Source of the DNA: Campylobacterota bacterium
Lineage (GTDB): Bacteria; Campylobacterota; Campylobacteria; Campylobacterales; Sulfurovaceae
DNA: 31,940 nucleotides
NCBI GenBank assembly: GCA_034722955.1
Contig: JAYEOM010000118.1
Coordinates: forward strand, 1-31,940
Direction of reading: 5' to 3'
Part shown: piece after piece, positions 29,322 to 31,940 of the stretch
Layout of the letters: every line of letters begins with the position of its first letter
How positions within the stretch are numbered: position 1 is the stretch's first letter
Notes under the pieces: generated by a model
What the model saw: only the letters and a program-made list of their open reading frames with translations
What the model was told of the DNA's origin: nothing
Databases searched by the model: none
Made by a program: the position numbers and the translations under genes

Positions 29322-30269
29322 TTAGGGTATAGGTACTGCCGCCAATATCTTTTCGATGATCCAATCCTGAGTTATCCCCTCAGCCTCTGCCTCATAGCTC
29401 AACACTATACGATGTCTCAAGATCTCTTTTGCGATATAGGCTATCTCTATAGGAGAGACAAAATCCTGCCCCTTCATATATGCTATGGCACGAGAAGCTT
29501 TGTACATATCGATACTAGCCCTAGGAGAGGCACCGAACTCTATATAGCTCTCTATCTCATCTAGCCCATAATCTTTGGGGTCTCTAGTCGCAAAGACCAG
29601 CTCAACGATATAAGCCTCTATCTCTTTGTCGAGATGAACCTCCATCGCCTCCTCTCTTACTCTGTTTAGATCTTCTATGGTCGCCACCTGCTCTATAGAG
29701 CCGAAGCTGTCATTGGCTACACGCCGTGCTATCTCCAGCTCCTCCTCTTTGGTGTTGTATCCCACTACTACCTTCATCATAAATCTATCGAGTTGTGCCT
29801 CTGGTAGCTCATAGACACCCTCCTGCTCTACAGGGTTCTGTGTCGCCATGACCAAAAACGGAAGATCTATCTGAAAGCTCTCATCCCCTATAGTTACCTG
29901 TCTCTCCTGCATCACCTCCAGGAGTGCAGACTGTACCTTCGCCGGTGCACGGTTGATCTCATCTGCCAGCAGCAGGTTGGTAAAGACTGGTCCTTTTTTG
30001 ATCTTGAATGCATTGTTTGTGGGGTCATATATCTCTGTACCTACGATATCCGACGGCAACAGATCGGGTGTAAACTGAACACGCTTAAAGTCCAAGCCCA
30101 GCGTCTTTGCCAATGCATTGACCGTAGTCGTCTTGGCTAGTCCGGGAACTCCCTCTAGCAGTATATGTCCTCGACACAACAACCCAGTCAAAAGCCCTTC
30201 GACCATCCTCTCCTGCCCTACTACCACTTTGCCTATCTCTGTTCTGATGGCATCAATTGTTTGACTCAA
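29322..30269 (-). CDS. moxR: MoxR family AAA+ ATPase
   Basis: LLEGVPGLAKT (Walker A), RVQFTPDLLPSD, LADEINRAPAKVQSALLE, ATQNPVEQEG and LPEAQLDRF; TTG start after GAGGAG. Confidence 0.96.
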   Translation of the reverse strand: MSQTIDAIRTEIGKVVVGQERMVEGLLTGLLCRGHILLEGVPGLAKTTTVNALAKTLGLDFKRVQFTPDLLPSDIVGTEIYDPTNNAFKIKKGPVFTNLLLADEINRAPAKVQSALLEVMQERQVTIGDESFQIDLPFLVMATQNPVEQEGVYELPEAQLDRFMMKVVVGYNTKEEELEIARRVANDSFGSIEQVATIEDLNRVREEAMEVHLDKEIEAYIVELVFATRDPKDYGLDEIESYIEFGASPRASIDMYKASRAIAYMKGQDFVSPIEIAYIAKEILRHRIVLSYEAEAEGITQDWIIEKILAAVPIP

Positions 30270-30429
30270 TAGATTCTCCTCTATTACAGGTCTCTGCCTG
30301 TATTTATTTTTCTTAGTTTACTTAGAGGCAGTAAATGAAAGATTAATGCTAGTACCTACCCACACCTAGTTACACAGTTTAATGAAGTGAGTTTGCTTTA
30401 GAAAGGAACTTCACAAGAACAATTTTTTA

Positions 30430-30538
30430 GTAGGTGCGACCGTGTCGCACGACATAGAAACCTCTCAGAGATTTCAACGATCATGATCTTGCAAACGATA
30501 CAAACACTCTCTATTGCGTGTGACATGGTCACACCTAC
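30430..30538. repeat. Head-to-head doublet of GTAG-type REP-like palindromes (REPIN-like)
   Basis: Plus strand 30430-30450 GTAG-GTGCGAC-CGT-GTCGCAC; minus strand 30518-30538 GTAG-GTGTGAC-CAT-GTCACAC; 67-nt spacer. Confidence 0.8.
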
Positions 30539-30586
30539 GGGTATTGCTCGTTCCCATCCGTCCTCGGCAATGCCAATGAAATAAGC

Positions 30587-30743
30587 ATGGTAGGGGTCTG
30601 AAGTTGAGTGTTTTGTGAAGCGTAGCGGAATGAAACAGTCAACATCTGACCTCGGCTCAAACAAAGCTATGCTACAGCCGAGGTCAAGCGTTGAAAATCC
30701 ACCCACTTCGTGAGTTGATTTTGCAACGCATGACCCCTATCAT
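30587..30743. repeat. Second head-to-head doublet of long imperfect palindromes (RTAGGGGTC...TGACCTCGGCT units)
   Basis: Stems at 30587-98/30732-43, 30603-13/30633-43, 30647-57/30676-86 and 30688-99/30717-29, read directly from the sequence. Confidence 0.75.
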
Positions 30744-30923
30744 ACTCTATAGTTGTATCCATTTTCAAAGAGTGAACAAATGAGTGATTTAGGGGTTTTT
30801 CGACAACCTACACCAGACCCTTTCCCTGGGCTATTTCTATGATTATCAAGAGTAGTAAAAGTGGAGATTGCAGTAGGGGTTTAGTTTTTATGAAGGCTCT
30901 ATATTTTTTCTCTTCCCCATTGA

Positions 30924-31232
30924 CTACTTTACTCCCTTTACTCTTGAAGCTCCCATATCCCCTCTATATTTTACGATACCTAGCAATATGATCTTATCTG
31001 CCTCATCATCTATCAGATAAGGGATAACATAGCCTCGAAAAATAAAATCCCAGATCTTTTCGTCATCGAAATAGATAGAAGTCCTGAACTTATATGGCAT
31101 GTATGGTAAATCATAAAATTTAGACTCTAACTCCCTGTTAAATGCTATAGCTCTATCCAGATTGTCAACAGCGATATAATCAAGAATCTCATCCAGACTA
31201 TTGTCAAATAAGATATTTTTTTCGATAGTCAA
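30924..31232 (-). CDS. Type II toxin, RelE/ParE family
   Basis: F..SLDEILDYIAVDN..RA..F...L..MPYKFRTSIYF...IFRGYVIPYLI pattern; 102 aa; TTG start 3 nt after the antitoxin stop. Confidence 0.85.
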   Translation of the reverse strand: MTIEKNILFDNSLDEILDYIAVDNLDRAIAFNRELESKFYDLPYMPYKFRTSIYFDDEKIWDFIFRGYVIPYLIDDEADKIILLGIVKYRGDMGASRVKGVK

Positions 31233-31235
31233 GTT

Positions 31236-31547
31236 TTATCTCTTGTGCCTGCTGATCAATCTCTTCTCGGTATCATTCCAATACTCATTGTCAAGTTCTG
31301 AGAAATTTTTAGAGCCATTTTGCCTATAATCATCGAGTGCTGTATCCAGTATTATCCTCTCTTGCTCAAACTCTATCTTCTTGAGTCTGGCATATTCTTC
31401 CGTGGAGATAATGACTGCTTCGAGTCTATTGTTTTTCAAAATTCCGATCTTCTCTATGGTGTTACTCTTGATATTTTTGACAATACTGCTCAACTGTTTT
31501 GCAAAATCAGTTATCGAAAAAAGCTCATCTTCTGCGTATTTCACCAT
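31236..31547 (-). CDS. Type II antitoxin, Phd/YefM-like
   Basis: ELFSITDFAKQLSSIV...IGILKNNRLEAVIISTEEY Phd-type N-terminus; upstream of the toxin. Confidence 0.85.
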   Translation of the reverse strand: MVKYAEDELFSITDFAKQLSSIVKNIKSNTIEKIGILKNNRLEAVIISTEEYARLKKIEFEQERIILDTALDDYRQNGSKNFSELDNEYWNDTEKRLISRHKR

Positions 31548-31588
31548 AATATTTCTCTCTTTATTTATAGGTTAATTTCATTGTTAAT

Positions 31589-31597
31589 ATTATAGCA
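31589..31597 (-). promoter_or_regulatory. Extended -10 promoter (TGCTATAAT) of the TA operon
   Basis: TGnTATAAT about 42 nt upstream of the antitoxin ATG. Confidence 0.65.
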
Positions 31598-31600
31598 TGT

Positions 31601-31762
31601 TTATCTGCTCAATAAATTATTGATCTTCTTAATAAATTTGCCAGTACCTGTATACTTATCGGCAAAATACTCTTGAATTTTTAACTTATCGCTATCACTA
31701 TCTATCTCTACATCTCTTAACTCTTTAGGCGTAAAGGGGTCAGGTGATGCTAATGCTATCAT
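31601..31762 (-). pseudogene. 53-codon ORF, probable 3' remnant of a gene, starting inside the inverted repeat
   Basis: Hand translation: MIALASPDPFTPKELRDVEIDSDSDKLKIQEYFADKYTGTGKFIKKINNLLSR*. The first 11 codons lie in the hairpin; the ORF is below the ORF-track cutoff. Confidence 0.45.
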
Positions 31763-31813
31763 TCCATCCCATCGCTAATGGCTATGGTTGTTAGCATCAC
31801 CTGACCCCTTTAC
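31731..31813. repeat. Perfect 23-bp inverted repeat with 37-nt spacer (GGGGTCA...TGACCCC type palindrome)
   Basis: GTAAAGGGGTCAGGTGATGCTAA (31731-31753) and TTAGCATCACCTGACCCCTTTAC (31791-31813). Confidence 0.92.
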
Positions 31814-31940
31814 TTTATCTCTTGTGCCTGCTGATCAATCTCTTCTCGGTATCATTCCAATACTCATTGTCAAGTTCTGAGAAATTTTTAGAGCCATTTT
31901 GCCTATAATCATCGAGTGCTGTATCCAGTATTATCCTCTC
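31814..31940. repeat. Exact direct repeat of 31235-31361 (127 bp, truncated by the window edge)
   Basis: Base-for-base identity by eye, offset 579 bp. Confidence 0.93.
31815..31940 (-). CDS. 3' end of a second copy of the Phd/YefM-like antitoxin (partial)
   Basis: Encodes ...ERIILDTALDDYRQNGSKNFSELDNEYWNDTEKRLISRHKR*, identical to the C-terminus of 31236-31547. Confidence 0.75.
   Translation of the reverse strand, partial: ERIILDTALDDYRQNGSKNFSELDNEYWNDTEKRLISRHKR

Noticed and set aside
30398..30706. 102-aa minus-strand ORF
   Set aside because: It runs through the palindrome cluster with no RBS or recognisable motif, so it is most likely a chance ORF in GC-richer repeat DNA.
30587..30743. 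tRNA (cloverleaf-like four-stem fold)
   Set aside because: It is about twice tRNA length, with no TTCRA T-loop, D-loop GG arrangement or 7-nt anticodon loop.
30430..31813. CRISPR array or integron attC array
   Set aside because: The repeats are inverted rather than regularly spaced direct repeats, no RYYYAAC...GTTRRRY bounded sites were recognised, and no cas or intI gene is present.

Overview
AT-rich chromosomal window from a Campylobacterota bacterium, most like Sulfurovum or a relative (inferred from gene order and protein style, not a database search). About 30 kb is ordinary core genome. On the minus strand lie nadA-nadC-DHH phosphoesterase-M23 peptidase-lpxC-tsaB-like-thrB-ylxR-infB-rbfA-rimP-ribD. 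On the plus strand lie plsY-folB-hsrA/cosR-sensor kinase-ferredoxin-ppx/gppA. These are followed by bamA divergent from tyrA, a DUF389 membrane protein with a degenerate lipid-kinase-like N-terminus, a DUF805 protein, an Nfu-like protein beside a dihaem cytochrome c lipoprotein, and a moxR-DUF58-small membrane protein-batA-batB-batC-batD operon. The last ~1.6 kb (30400-31940) is an accessory patch and the most interesting part. It holds a dense cluster of REP-like palindromes (two different head-to-head doublets, one with a compensatory base change, one with cGNAg triloops) and a Phd/YefM-RelE/ParE toxin-antitoxin pair. It also holds an unannotated 53-codon ORF starting inside a perfect 23-bp inverted repeat, and an exact second copy of the antitoxin 3' end that abuts that repeat and runs off the window edge. 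No rRNA, tRNA, CRISPR array or transposase was seen.
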